From assembly GCF_009914755.1 (NCBI RefSeq), contig NC_060935.1: 64,000 nucleotides of DNA; one strand, 5' to 3'. A model generated the notes under the pieces. It was not told where the DNA came from, ran no database searches, and saw nothing but the letters and a program-made list of their open reading frames with translations. Origin of the DNA: the human T2T-CHM13v2.0 reference genome, Homo sapiens. Shown one piece after another: positions 1 through 13,814 of the stretch. A program made the translations under genes and the position numbers. Numbering within the stretch: position 1 is the first letter of the stretch; every line of letters begins with the position of its first letter.

Positions 1-264
1 GAACCAAAATAAATGGAGATATATAAATGACTGACAAAGAATTCAGATTAATACTCAAAGTTCAGTGAACAATAAGATTATATGGATAGAAAATTTAATA
101 AAATTTGGAAAACAATACATAAAAAGTGAGAAGTTTGAAAAAAAATAAAATAATAAAAAAGAACCAGATAGAAATCCTAGAGATGAAGAATATAATGACT
201 AAACTGAAAAATTCATTATAAAGTCTCAACAGCAGACTTGATCAAGAGGAAGAAAAGGTCAGTG
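1..264 (+). mobile_element. Old L1 (L1M-type) ORF1-region fragment
   Basis: A-rich sequence with L1 ORF1-like motifs (ctgacaaagaattca, gaaatcctagagatgaagaatataatgactaaactgaaaaattca, cagcagacttgatcaag). Confidence 0.75.
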
Positions 265-859
265 TACAATATAGAATGATGGTTCTGAGAAGAGAGGTTA
301 TATTGCTCAGTTAGTATTTAAAACAAATCTTAAGTGTTGTTACTCACGTGTCCTTTACCCAATTTCTTTTTGTCCTACCATACTCACTTAAGATTGAGGC
401 CAATTATGGGAGAACAAAAAGAAAGGAGAAGACTGGGTCATTAACACTGTGAAGCATTTTAGCCCTTGACTGGACACCTGGGCTTTGCTGTGAGAGATAA
501 ATGAACATCCACTTTACTTAAGCTACCTCTATTTTGATTTCCTGACAGTTAGTAGCAATGCCTAATTCTAACTAATTACCTGTGTTGACATTTGTGTTCT
601 CAGTTATGGGTGAGGTGGGGTGGTGAATAGCTGGGTGCAATTCTGAATGTTGGAAAGGATGAAGTTTCAAATAACTAATAACCAAAAAAATAACTAGGGA
701 CCTGTTAATCTATATTTGTAGAACAAAGATGGATTCTATGATTTGGCATATAGGCCTTCCAGAACTAGTCCCTACATAACTCTCAGTCTCTAAATATATT
801 CAGTTACTCATAAGACCCTCCCCTATCAACTTGCAGTTTCACATTTCCTTGCCATTGAT

Positions 860-1150
860 TGTGTTGTCCTCTGCCCAATTCTTTATCTGGCTTATTCTTG
901 TTCAAGAATCAGTTCAGGTGTAATCTCCTACAGGAAGGTCCTCCTGTCTTCCTTTCACAGGTTAGGTATCTCACTCTTGTTCACCTACGGCACTCAGTGC
1001 ACACTTTTGACTTATATCTGATCTCACTTAATTATAATTTTTTGTTATGGTATGTGTCTCTCCTCTCTAAATTGTGAGCTGCCTGAAAGATAGGATAGTG
1101 TGCATTCATCAGCTATTATTTTCAATGCCTGGCACATAGTAGGTGTTGCA
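860..1150 (+). mobile_element. L2 3' fragment
   Basis: Ends in the L2 3' signature tgcctggcacatagtaggtg. Confidence 0.65.
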
Positions 1151-1809
1151 TAGTAAGTACCATCTGGTATAGAGTCCATAGCACATAAGAACGACATACT
1201 TGGAATCATGTACCATCACTGATTTTGCCTTCCACTTTATGAAAGACCTAAAATCCACCCCTTGTCAACTTCTAGAGCCTAGATCTGCCCTGAAGCCCAT
1301 CACAGAAGACAGTTCCTTGATTTCCATTACTCTTTTCTCTAAGGACATCTTCCTTTCTCCCTTCCCTTCATCATCTCAGTTTAGAAAATATATTTTGGTG
1401 CCTACTTGGCTACATAGATGCTGGACTAAAACTGTGTCTTAAAATTAATTTGTCAAAAAAATTTCCTCTGCATTTTATTCTATTCATTTCTGCCAATTTC
1501 TTCAGAGAGCGAAGTTATCTTTGTGACTCAAAGCTTGAGGCCTAGGAAAGGGGGTTGGAGGAAAATCTGTCTTTTGACATTTAAAAGTATTTGCTAAAAT
1601 TAGAGAACAGTTAGCACTTCTGTTTAATAGTGAGATGAGTCTACACACATTTATGAACATCCAAAATACCCTAGCTCTGTGTTCCTACTGACCACACATA
1701 CCTATACTATAAAAGGGAGTAAATAAAAAGAAAGGAGGTACCCTGTTTTTTCATAAATACAGAGTTTAAGCTAAGAGGTATGCTGTTTCTTATTTTGAAC
1801 AGTTGTTTT

Positions 1810-2015
1810 CTGCCTCTCACTCCCCTACCTCCTTTTCTTCCTCTTTTCTTTCTCTTCTTTTTTCCCATCTCCTCTTTTTCCTTTTCTTGTTTTTCTTCCT
1901 CTTCATTTCCATCTCTTTCTCCATCCCTATCTCCTTTCACTTCTCTTTCTTTTCTTTCTCCTTCCACATCTTTGCCTCTTCTTCCTCCTCCTCCTCCTTT
2001 ATCTTTTCCTTCTCT
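1810..2015 (+). repeat. CT-rich polypyrimidine low-complexity tract
   Basis: About 200 bp almost entirely C/T; explains the ORFs at 1707-2096. Confidence 0.9.
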
Positions 2016-2489
2016 TGTATTCAGAAGACACCTAAGTACATTCATTTCACAGTGCAGCATCCCAACAGAACTCTTAAAATGAACTGCTATTTATGAAGAG
2101 ACTAATGCCATGCTTGGTCTCTACTATGTCTTCTTCTTGGTGTTTTGACATGGCACCCTCCCCTCCTCCTGCTCACCAGATATCAAATGCCAATGTGTAC
2201 AGTCTCCTTTCTGTACATTCTTAGTGCCTTTTCCCTATGAACAAGCAGCACACTTTTTTTCTACACAGTTTCAAGAGTGGTGACATGTAGATGTAAAAAG
2301 TTGCCAAATTCTAGTTATAGTTAATAGTATAGATCTGGAACAACAGAGTGAGTGGTGTGGATATGAGATGGATGGAAAGTTTGATTTTCAAACATGCTCA
2401 TAACTTTAGGGAACAGATAGAAAACAAGCATGAAAGACATGGCAAACCACAGCTGAGTTTTTAAAATGAGAACATTTGGGGTTTAATAA

Positions 2490-2654
2490 TAACCAGTTTC
2501 ACTTACTGCATACTGTTTATGTATCAGGCACAACTCTGGATACTTCTTTTGCTTCTTGTCAGTTTGATTAGGTACTTATAACAACTCTTTGAGGTAAATA
2601 CTTCCATTCTCATTTTACATGGAGAGAACTGAGGCTCTGAGTCCTTAAGTGGAT
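2490..2654 (-). mobile_element. MIR fragment
   Basis: cattttacatggagagaactgaggc matches the reverse complement of the MIR core. Confidence 0.65.
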
Positions 2655-2660
2655 TCTAGA

Positions 2661-2807
2661 TTTTTTTTTTTTATTTTTGTAAATTTTATTATTATTATAC
2701 TTTAAGTTTTAGGGTACATGTGCACAAAGTGCAGGTTTGTTACATATGTATACATGTGCCATGTTGGTCTGCTGCACCCATTAACTTGTCATTTAGCATT
2801 AGGTACA
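2661..2807 (-). mobile_element. Severely 5'-truncated L1PA 3' end (~145 bp) with TSD
   Basis: Poly-T then ttatactttaagttttagggtacatgtgcac...ttagcattaggta; TSD tctagattt at 2655-2663 and 2808-2816. Confidence 0.9.
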
Positions 2808-2840
2808 TCTAGATTTAAATCCACATATTTTAAAATCTGA

Positions 2841-3750
2841 TGTTGTAGATTACAAAAATGATTACAATTCTTTATAGTACTTTCTATTAAGAGGTGGTGT
2901 CTATTATCTATCTCTTGAAAATGGCCTGGCTAATGACTTGCTTTGGCCAATGGAATGCAGCAAAAGTGATGTTGTAGTAGCTTCAGCCTACACTTCAAGA
3001 AGCCTTGCTTCTTCTCTCCTTCTTGGGACAGAGACATGTAAAGAAGTCTGGGCTAGACTCCTGAAGAACAAGAGAATATGTGGAGCAGAGATGAGCTATC
3101 TTACTGAGATACTTTAGGCCCACAGGCTTTAAACTGAGATCAACCAAGCCTGGCCTAGGTAAGCAGAACCCACCCAGTTAAGCCTGACCTAAATCCTGCC
3201 TTTTAGAACACAGGGAGAGGCAAATTCACTAGGGGCCCTAAAAGATTCTGCATGTTCTTCTGGAATATGCAAACAAGGTGACACCCTGACCATACTTTGC
3301 CTGAGCCGTTTCTCAAGGTTATATTTGTAGTAAGCAACCTTGAGGAATGAGGTAATATTATTCCCCTCCAGGACAAGAAAAAAAAAACAGGCTTGCTTTG
3401 TAAAAATAAATTCCCCAATCTCAGTGTTCCATCACTGTCATGCAAAACTACTACATGTGCAGCATCCATCTGGGTTCCTCTGTGTTTCCTCCATGGGATT
3501 TGGGAACCAAGAGAAACCTACACCAACATACTAATGTTCATGCTGCTTTCCATGTCATAATTAATGAAGTTCTTTGTTTCTGACCCAGGAGTCTTGTGTC
3601 TCCTGCCAAAAATCTAAGAAATAGTACAAGCTAACTCTTTAGCTTACAAATACAATAAAATCTACTTGACATATATTTGTGAGTAAACAAATGGTTGTTG
3701 TTAATAAGCCACTGGATTTTTAGTGGGTAGCAATAGACAACTGATAAAAA
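2841..3750 (+). mobile_element. MLT1-family MaLR LTR split by a second LTR
   Basis: 5' part has gacttgctttggccaatggaatgcagcaaaagtgatg; 3' part (3672-3750) has the MLT1-type end aaatggttgttg...aagccact...agcaatagacaactgata. Confidence 0.7.
3203..3671 (+). mobile_element. ERV-class LTR nested in MLT1 (family uncertain)
   Basis: LTR-like 3' portion tctgacccaggagtcttgtgtctcctgcca...cttgaca interrupts the MLT1 sequence. Confidence 0.55.
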
Positions 3751-5399
3751 TGCCTGCAGTCTAACCTCTCTGCTAGTGGTATTCAACATGTGGTAAGTGA
3801 TTTACAAATGTGTGAGATAATTTTAGTAGCTAAGTAAATTTTTTTCATTTAATTTTTACTATTACTAAAATGTTAACTATTTTTAGTTATCTATTAAGTA
3901 GCAAGTGATATCAATTTTCCATTTATAACACTTACAAAATTAAACTAAAAAGTGAATTAATCTAAAGGAAAGCATTAATGATAATTCAAAGTATTATTTT
4001 TATAATGCAAAGACTATGATGACAAAACATAAATGACCGATTATTAGGAATCACTGTATACATCAATATTGCTTCTTATTGAAATAAATAGGATACCAAA
4101 AAGGATGCAAGGTTAACATTAAGGTAGGCTGACAGATCCTGAATGATGCTATACTTCAGATACTGCTGAGAAAAAAAAGTTATCCTACCTTAAACCACAT
4201 ACATTTATGATAGTCTTTCTCAAATACCACCATTCAGGTAAAGAACTAAATGCTATTGGAAATACAAGCATTCTCTTGGAATAGGAAAAATATGTTTAAA
4301 ATAGAAGCAAATATTCAGTTTCTATTAAATCAGAGGAAAACCAGATGTCATGGGGAGGAAAAGCTGTCCATGACTCTAGGTGTTATTATGACACTGCCCA
4401 TTTCTCCTAGCATTTCTTCATAGTAAAAATGTTAGTCCATAACAATCATTCATCTTCATGCTCCAGACTGGCAAACTCTGAGTCATGCACAAAACTTATG
4501 AATAACTGAGAAGAACTATGAAGACTTCTTAAAGACAGATGTGTTGAGAGATTCATAGAATATGTTAGCCTGAAAGGTACTTAACTATTCAACCAACTCC
4601 TTTATTTCACAGAAAGGAAGTAAGGACTAGGGAGGGGCAAAACTTGTTCAGAATCACACAGCAAATCAGTAGTGACAGAACTGAGACTCCAGATGTCCTA
4701 TCTTTCCATTCAGCTTTCTTCCATGACTCAGTGTTCCCACTCCTCTGGGTGGTTCACTGGGTGAAACAGAGTATCTGACAGAGACACAAACTGGGATTCA
4801 CGAAAAGGCAGATATCATTCCCAAAACTGCTTTTCCTCAGCAAAGAGAAGAGAAAGGTCTCTATACTCTTACTGTTACAGAGTTTATATCTTGAAAATAA
4901 GATATTACAGGATGTTATATACAAGATGTTACAGGGCACGTATTATTCCCCTAAACTAATATTTCTCTTAAACAGAAAAAAAAAAAAACCTCTTAAACAG
5001 TAATGCTAAACCAACACATTAATGTCAATGTTTACCTGTTTACTCTCTTCCTTTTTGGACAAGGCTTTAGCTATACATGTTCTAAATTTCACTATTTGGG
5101 ATCTTGATATCAATTAGAGTTTTACATTTTGTAGAAAATTAAAGAACCAAGCTAAAGCTCCTTAAAATCTTTGCCTGTGCTTTGAATGTTGTCTATAATG
5201 ATCTTAGACACATGTTAACACTCATAAATCCATCCAGAAGAAAATTCAGGTTAGCACATACTTTACTATGCCTGCTATCACAGTGAAAGTTTCAGAGGTC
5301 CATAGCATTCCACATTTTCTGACCATTGATCATCATCTCCGTGTGCTCTTGGCACCTCAATTATAGAATATCCTACCATTCTTTCTTAAAAGGTGCTCT

Positions 5400-6140
5400 T
5401 GCTCCTTTGTTGCCTATCTCAGTGACTGGAACCACCATCTCCACACTTGCCCAAGCCAGAGACCTGGGCATTATCTGACTTTTCCCATTGCTTGTTTTTC
5501 TGCCATTAACCAGCATCTACCCAGCCAACTGGGTAGATGCAAGTTTATCCAACTACACCCTGTCAATATGTCTTTGAGATCATCCCTCCTCACAATGACT
5601 CTGTCTATAAAACTTCCCTGGCTAGAAGCATCGTCAGCTCTCTGCTAATGTACTGATATACTCCTATGATTGGCTGCCGTGCTCTAAGCTGGATTCCTTT
5701 AAAATCCATTTTATCTCACTGCCACTAAAATTAGCTAATTGAGCTAACCAGATCTTATCACCGGCTTTGTAAACACCTTCAGTGTCCCATACATTCAGGA
5801 TAAAAATCTGAGCTCCTAAGCAGTCCTTACAAACCTCTCTGAGATCTTACCTCTCCACATTTCTAGCTTAATCTTCTGTAACTCTCCATTTTCCTAATAT
5901 TAAATTACTTATAGTTCCTCCTGATTGTGCATGCCTCCCCCACACCCCCCATGGAGCATTCACACATTCTCCACCCCTCCCTCAACTGTTCTTTTCTTAG
6001 TTACCTCCTATTTATCAAACTTAGTTCCAACATGGATCCTTCTAGGCAGCTTGGTATTATCCTTCCATTTCCAGGCTGGGTAAAGTGGAATGAGTCCTCT
6101 CATTTGATTCTGTACAAAGTTCCCTTGTAGCACTTTTCAT
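5400..6140 (+). mobile_element. L2 fragment
   Basis: accaccatctccacacttgcccaagccagagacctgggcattatc and downstream L2-like pyrimidine-rich sequence. Confidence 0.65.
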
Positions 6141-6149
6141 GTTAAATGT

Positions 6150-6385
6150 ATCTTTTAAGAAAATTTTGTGTGTACATAGTATATATATTTATGGGGTACA
6201 TGTGATATTTTTGATACAGGCATGCAATGCATAATAATCACATCATAGTAAGTGGGGTATCTAACATCTCAAGTATGTATCCTTTGTGTTACAAACAATC
6301 CACTTATACTCTTTTCATTATTTTAAAATGTATAATTATTATTATTGACTATTGTCACTTTGTTGTCCTATCAAATACTATATAC
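6150..6385 (-). mobile_element. L1MA-type 3' end
   Basis: tatttatggggtacatgtgatatttttgatacaggcatgcaatgcataataatcacatc is a typical L1MA 3' UTR reverse complement. Confidence 0.8.
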
Positions 6386-7508
6386 TCATCAGTGTTTATG
6401 TGCCTCTTTCTCACAAACTGTAGGCTTCTTCAGACTTGAGATTATTTCTGTCAATCCACATCTGGTATAGTATTTCTCAACTCTAGCTAAAGAGTGGAAT
6501 CACTGGGAAATTAAAAAACTACATCCCAGTGCTCAAGCTTCACTCTAATCTAACTAGAATCTCAGAGGTAGAGCAAGACATGTTCCTTGCCTAAGACTTT
6601 GAACCTGGCTGTTTCCTCTTCCTGAAAATCTCTTTTCTATATGGCTCACTCGCCTTTCTTTAAGTCTTTGTTTGAGATGTCGCTTTTTCAAAAAGGTCTA
6701 CTCTAGTCACTCTATTTAAACTTATTAGCACTTTTCCTGCAAGCTTTCCAATCCTTTAATTAACATCATATATCATTCTGCCATATAATACAATTCACTT
6801 TTTCAATATGGTTATCGTTTACTGTTTGCCTCCCTACATGCAGAAATAATCTATTTTGTTTGCTAATATAGCATTAATGCCTGCCACATAATATGTGTTT
6901 ATCTACCTTTCTACCTATCTGTATCTATTTATCAATCTTTCTCTATAAAGAATGAATGAATTATATTTATAATCTGTTTTTAGCAGAAACAGATGTTTAG
7001 GAAGTCCTGAAAGCCTGCAGAAGTGAAGCTGATTAATTATGCTTCTAGGAATCAGAAAATGCTTCACTGAGGAGATGATGATCAAGCTGAGCCTTGAAGG
7101 ATTTTCTAGACAGAGAAAGAGGGTAAGTTTTTGAAATAAAGTGTCTAGGTAAGCACCAAGCTCAGAGTACAACATATTGCAGTCACTTAATAAGGTCCTG
7201 TTAACACCAAAAGACAATTCAGGCAGAGGCAACAGCAAGTGCACAAAAATGAGAGAAGGCATAAACTCTTTGGGATGGGTGAGGTGTGCAAGTAATGAGG
7301 ATAAAGTTTGAATTGATAATTTTTGGCTAAATTAGATAATTTATTTATTAGGTAGTTTATTTCTGCAAATGACACAAAGAATCTATGTGGATTTTTAGTA
7401 TCTTAATTCTTGTAGATTTCCCTACAATATTAAAAACTGTTATAGCTGCTTACTATCACTGATATACTTATGGCCCATATTTTCTTATTAGTTTTCATAT
7501 ATACTTTG

Positions 7509-9786
7509 TGATATGGTTTGGCTGTGTCTCCATCCAAATCTTAACTTGAATTTTATCTCCCAGAATTCCCGTGTGTTGTGGGAGGGACTCGGGGAGGTAA
7601 TTGAATCATGGGGCCAGTCTTTCCCATGCTATTCTGTGATAGTGAGTAAAGTCTCAAGAAATCTGACGGGTTTATCAGGGGTTTTGGCTTTTGCTTCTTT
7701 CTCATTTTTCTCTTGCTGCTGACATGTAAGAAATGCCTTTTGCCTCCCGCCATGATTCTGAGGACTTCCCAGCCATGTGGAATGGTACGTCCAATTAAAC
7801 CTCTTTTTGTTCCCAGTTTGGGGTATGTCTTTATCAAAAGTGTGAAAATGAACTAATATGGTAAATTGGTAACAGAAGTGGGATGTTGCTGAAAAGATAC
7901 CCAAAAATGTGTAAGCCACTTTGGAGCTGGCTAACAGGCAGAGGTTGGAACAGTTTGGAGGGCTCAGAAGAAGACAGGAAAATGTGGGAAAGTTTGGAAC
8001 TTCCTGGAGACTTGTTGACTGGCTTTGCCCAAAATGCTGATAGATATATGGACAATAAGGTCCAGGCTGAGGTGGTCCCAATGGAGATGAGGAACCTGTT
8101 TGGAACTGGAGTAAAGGTAACTGTTGCTATGTTTTAGCAGAGACTGGCAGCATTTTGCTCCTGCCCTAGAGATTTGTGGAACTTTGAACTTGAGAGAGAT
8201 GATTTAGGGTATCTGACGGAAAAAAATTTTAAGCAGCAAAGCATTCAAAAGTTGATTTGGGTGCTGTTAAAAGCATTCCATGTGAAACGGAGCATAAAAG
8301 TTCAGAAAATTTGCAGCCTGATGATACAGTAGAAAAGAAAAATCCATTTTTTGAGGAAAAATTCAAGCTGGCTGCAGAAATTTGCATAACTATGCAGGAC
8401 CCTAATGTTAATCCCCAAGACCACAAGGAAAGTGTCTCCTGGCCATGTCAGAGACCTTCATGGCACCCCCTCCCATCACAGGCCCAGAGGCCCAGGAGGA
8501 AAAAGTGGTTTGGGGGCCAGGCCCAGGGTCCCTGTGCTGTGTGCAGCCTAGGGATTTGGTGCCCTGTGTCCCTTCCACTCCAGCTGTGGTTGAAAGGGAC
8601 CAATGTAGTACACAGGCTGTGGCTTCAGAGGGTGGCAGCCCCAAGTCTTGGAAATTTCCATGTGGTGTTGAGCCTGTGGGTGCACAGATGTCAAGAATTG
8701 AAGTTTCAGAACCTCAACCTAGATTTCAGAAGATGTATGGAAATGACTGGATGCCTGGGCAAAATTTTGCTGCATGGACGGGGCCCTCATAGAGAACCAC
8801 TGCTAGGGTGGTATGAAAGGGAAATGTGGGATCAGACCCCCCACCCCATACAAAGTCCCTACTGGGGCACTGCCTAGTGGAGCTGTGCAAAGAGGGCCAC
8901 TGTGCTCCAGACCCCAGAATGGTAGATCCACCGACAGCTTGCACTGTGTACCTGAAAAAGCCTCAGACACTCAATGCCAGCCATGAAAGCAGCCAGGATG
9001 GAGGTTGTACCCTGCAAAGCCACAGAGGCAGAGCTGCCCAAGAGCATGGGAACCCATCTCTTGCATTAGTGTGACCTGGATGTGAGACCTGGAGTCAAAG
9101 GAGATCATTTTGGAGTTTTAAAATTTGACTGCCCCACTGGATTTTGGATTTGCATGGGCCCTGTAACCCCTTTGTTTTGGCCAATTTATCCCATTTGGAA
9201 TGGCTGTATTTACCCAATACCTGCACTGCCATTGTGTCTAGGAACTAACTAGCTTGCTTTTGACTTTACAGGCTCATAGGCAGAAGGGACTTGCCTTGTC
9301 TCAGATGAGACTTTGGACCGTGGACTTTTGGGTTAACACTGAAATAAATTAAGACTTTGGGGGACTGCTGGGAAGCCATGACTGGTTTTGGAATGCGAAG
9401 ACATGAGATTTTGAGGGGCCAGGGGTAGAATGATATGGCTTGGCTGTGACCCTACCGAAATCTCAACTTGAATTTTATCTCCCAGAATTCCCACATGTTG
9501 TGGGAGGCACCCAGGGGGAGGTAATTGAATCATGGTGGCCGGTCTTTCCCAAGGTATTCTTGTGATAGTGAATAAGTCTCATGAAATCTGATGGGTTTAT
9601 AAGGGATTTCCACTTTTACTTCTTTCCCATTTTTCTCTTGCCACTGCCATTTAAGAAGTGCCTTTTGCCTCCCGCCATGATTCTGAGGCCTCCTCAGCCA
9701 TGTGGAACTATAAGTCCAATTAAACCTCTTTTTGTTCAAAGTTTTGGGTATATCTTTATCAGCAGCATGAAAAATGAACTAATACA
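7509..9786 (+). mobile_element. Full-length THE1A (MaLR) provirus: 5' LTR 7509-7860, internal 7861-9430, 3' LTR 9431-9786
   Basis: Two ~350-bp direct repeats beginning tgatatgg, the 3' copy ending actaataca; THE1-int between them; degenerate 5-bp TSD ctttg (7504-7508) / ccttg (9787-9791). Confidence 0.93.
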
Positions 9787-9798
9787 CCTTGCATTATT

Positions 9799-9801
<3 letters not shown>

Positions 9802-9835
<34 letters not shown>
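9802..9835. repeat. (TG)n microsatellite
   Basis: Directly visible. Confidence 0.97.
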
Positions 9836-9836
<1 letters not shown>

Positions 9837-10079
9837 TTTCTTTTCTACACAACTAATCCTAACCTTTGGTAGTACAAAAAGGGTTCATGATTTTTCTTTT
9901 GTAAAAATATAGTTTTTCAATAAGACCTTAGCCAATTGCACTTTTATTTAAAACTCAATAATACACAGTGCCAAAAGTTTATGGTTTCCTGTGAGAAGCA
10001 GTAAAAAAACTACTGTGGTTTTTGCTGAAGAGGAAAGAAAAACTTTCAATAGTTCCATTGCTAAACTATAATGAAAGAT

Positions 10080-10740
10080 TAGTAGTAATTAATCATGCAG
10101 TGAAAAGAGGAGAGGGAGAACATTTCAAGAACAGAATATATGTGCAAGGACCCAGAAGCATGAGAAAGAATGACCCGTGTGAGGATGTTAAGTATATGTT
10201 GCTATAATATGGTAAGAATATGGGGAGGTTGGCAAGGTGAATCTGTGGGATATGGATATGATGCTTAACTTGCTTAAGTAATGAAGGTTATGATATGCTG
10301 AGGAGTTTAGAGTACATCATAAAGTATTGGACAGCCATAAACTAGGGAAGTATGCAGGAAGTAGGTAGAAGAACAGACCAGTTAAGTGGATTCCTATAAG
10401 AATAATTTAGGCAGGAATGATAAAGGGCTAAATTAAAGCAATGTTAATGCAGAGAGAGAATAACAGATGGAGGCATACTTGACAGTACTTGGTGGCTGGT
10501 GGAATGTGGGGGCTGATGGAGAATGAGATGTCTGGGATAACTCCCAAACTTCTGGTTGGAGCAGCTGAGTGCCTGGAAGGTGCCACTCACCATGAAAGTG
10601 AGTATAAGGGAAGGAGAGAAAAGATGATGAGCAAGTTTTGTGCATGTGAAGTTTGAGATCCTGTAGAATATGTCTTGTTGGCAGACTTCTAGAAATCAGG
10701 GGGAGGAACTGGGCTACTGATTTAAATGAGGAAATAGTAT
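10080..10740 (-). mobile_element. L2 fragment
   Basis: Purine-rich reverse L2 motifs (ataactcccaaacttctggttggagcagctgagtg, tgaagtttgagatcctgtag). Confidence 0.65.
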
Positions 10741-12258
10741 GAGCACTTTCAATCCTCAGTAATCGATTAAAGTGTGTATTACCTAATGGAATATACCAAG
10801 GGTTTGCAGTAATATGCTGTGGGTTTCATCAAGCCTCAGACATTTTCCTGGATCATAAATAATGATTAAGATATGGAGAAAATGTATATTAAAACAAATA
10901 TAAATAATCTAAGGCCTGGCCTGTAAAATTTGCATGGATTTTTAAGATAAAACCAGTCTCCAAACAAATTGCTAACTCTTTGACTTGTACTTACAGTCTT
11001 AGTCTCAAACTACATTACCTCTTACACACACTACATTAACTCTTGAGACGTGTGTTTGCCCTCCTCTGTCTTTGGTCCTCTGGTGGAAACATTTAAACAA
11101 GACTGCACTAAAGCAGTTCACAGGCTCTGTGTGATTTGGGTCCCAGTGAGCAGCCCATTCAAGAGGTCAACCTATAAGAATTCAACACACCTCCTAGCTG
11201 CGAGTAAAAGGCAGCAAGCAGCTGCTGTACTCTAATTCAGCTCTGTCTCCTCGTATTTTGAAAGACTGAAAGAATCCCCATTGAAACACTAAAACGTGGA
11301 AAGGAACAGCAAGCTATTTGGACATTATAGTTCCTTTGGCATGAATATAGTATTTTGGTTTCAATTTCATCCTTACCCTACGCAAGATAAATCATTCACT
11401 TCAATTCACTTTAGGAGTTGCCTGCTAAGGGGTCAGACGCTTCTTTTATATTCAGTTGTTACCTGCTGCCTGGAAAATACACACGATAAAGTATAAAAAA
11501 TTCCTTTTACCATCAGGTAGTCTAAATGTAAAGAATACTCAGAATACTGTGTTCAACTAATAGAGTTTCAGTAGTAGAGAGGGTATTTTCAGAAGTGCTA
11601 ACACCAGTTAATGAAAGATCTTCTGTTGAGAGAAGCACGAAAAAGCCATTCTGTCTTTACACAAAATGACTCCAGTATTTGTGGTTAAACAGCTGCTCTC
11701 CCTTTTTTTATGGTGGAACTCATTATTTTATTTCCTTTTACAAATATTTGACGAATTGAAGAACCACATAGGCAAACAATAATTATGAGAAGTTCAGTAG
11801 TCTTTTTTCAGTTAGGAATTTTCCTTTATTGACCTATGATATAAATTATGACATGAACACAAAAGACATTCCATCTTTGGAAGTCTAGTGGAGTCGGTTT
11901 TTCTGTCTCTCATTTTCCTCATTCCAGCCAGGCCTTTCTTAGTAAAGGAAAATCTTATCACTATATACTATATTTATTTCCTCTATAAAACATTCTTGTG
12001 ATTATTCCTCCAGCATTACGACTATATATACAGATGTTCATTTTCCCTAAAGGAACATGGAAAGAGGATAAGAGTCATTTTAAAGAAATTGTTGGGCACA
12101 AACTATGGGACAACTCTGCTAAGCTATTTCTCAAATTTAATTTAATTTTAAACATATGATAGACATTACTATTCCAACTTTATAATGTCTCTCATGCAAA
12201 ATCTATGCTGAATTTCAAGAAAAATCTGAGTATTAATTATTTTTAAAAGTTAATTTAA

Positions 12259-12572
<314 letters not shown>

Positions 12573-12914
12573 TTAAAAATATCAACATTGATTTAGTGTT
12601 CATATTCACAAATAAAGAAATTAGAGCTCTCAGTTAAAGTAACTGGAACCTACTAGAAAGCGGCAGGACTATGATTTAAACTCAGGCCTGTCAGATAAGA
12701 AAGAAAGGCTAGCAAGATAAAGTTAGGTGAGACGAACTATAGCTTTCAATTCTATCTGACAAGCTGAATTTGAATGAATAAATACTTGAAAACCAGGATA
12801 AGTTCTTGAGTAGAAAGGCAAGGTAATAAAAATTATACTTTAGAAAGATTCATTAAGTTTATCAGGGACTTGAATTGCAGGGATCAAAATTATACAAATC
12901 TTGAAGGTGGCGAA

Positions 12915-13150
12915 TATATATATATATTTTAACTTAAAATATATATGTATTTTACTACTAAAAAGTCCTAACTACTACAGCATTAGGACTATATATATAT
13001 TTAGGGAAAACTCTTTTAAGTTAAAATACATATATATTAAGTTAAAATACATATATATTATGTATATGCGTATATATACATATAAATACATATATAATAA
13101 ACATACATACATATATATAAAATACATATATACATGTATTTTAAGTTAAA
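12915..13150. repeat. AT-rich (TA/TACA) low-complexity tract
   Basis: Directly visible; includes a tandem copy of ttaagttaaaatacatatata. Confidence 0.85.
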
Positions 13151-13731
13151 AGAGTCAATGTTTTCCAAAATAATAATAATAATACTATAATTAAGGAAGT
13201 ATAACCATAATTACATGTTGACAATAAATTATGGGACAGTTATAGACATAAAATTGTGTATATTTGTATATATTAACATCTATAGCTCTATCTATATGTC
13301 TATCAATGAATCACAGCAGCAAAAAACTGAGGAGTGACTTTACAATCTTCCTACTATAGAAAAGACTATTTCATAAATTATGAGACTAGATGTCCTGTTC
13401 AAATAAGGTCAAGATGAACAAAAAGAGTCTTGAATGAGAATGGCAGAAAGTGGGATTTAGACTGGACACAATCTTATCCTTGCAGGTTAGTACAGGTGTT
13501 GCAGTAAGTAGTTCAGCTAAGGGTCAGGTGTCTTCCTGATTCTATTTAATCTTTCCTAAAGGAGCTTCCTAATATCAGATGCTGTCAAGAGTAAGAAATG
13601 TCAATTTCATGGTTTTGCTTATGCTGACCCAATAAAAGAAAGTAATAAGAACTTCAAGCTTCCTTTTGAGGTCTATTCTAACCTGATGATTTTGTCATTT
13701 TTATGCTTCATTTCATCATTGAAATACTCAC

Positions 13732-13814
13732 AATGGTGGCAGATCCTATCAATGACAGTTCAGTGGTCCCAGATCTTTCAATTCCAGCTAAGATAAGATT
13801 GTTCTTAAGTGTAT
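13732..13814 (-). other. Candidate 83-nt exon (unverified)
   Basis: Minus strand: acceptor ctactttcag and donor ATT|gtgagt; one open frame. Confidence 0.22.

Noticed and set aside
1707-2096. Overlapping 97-117 aa ORFs
   Set aside because: Products of the CT-rich tract, which lacks stop codons
8257-8877. Longest ORF (206 aa)
   Set aside because: Lies within THE1-int; a decayed MaLR internal frame with overlapping broken ORFs, not a host gene
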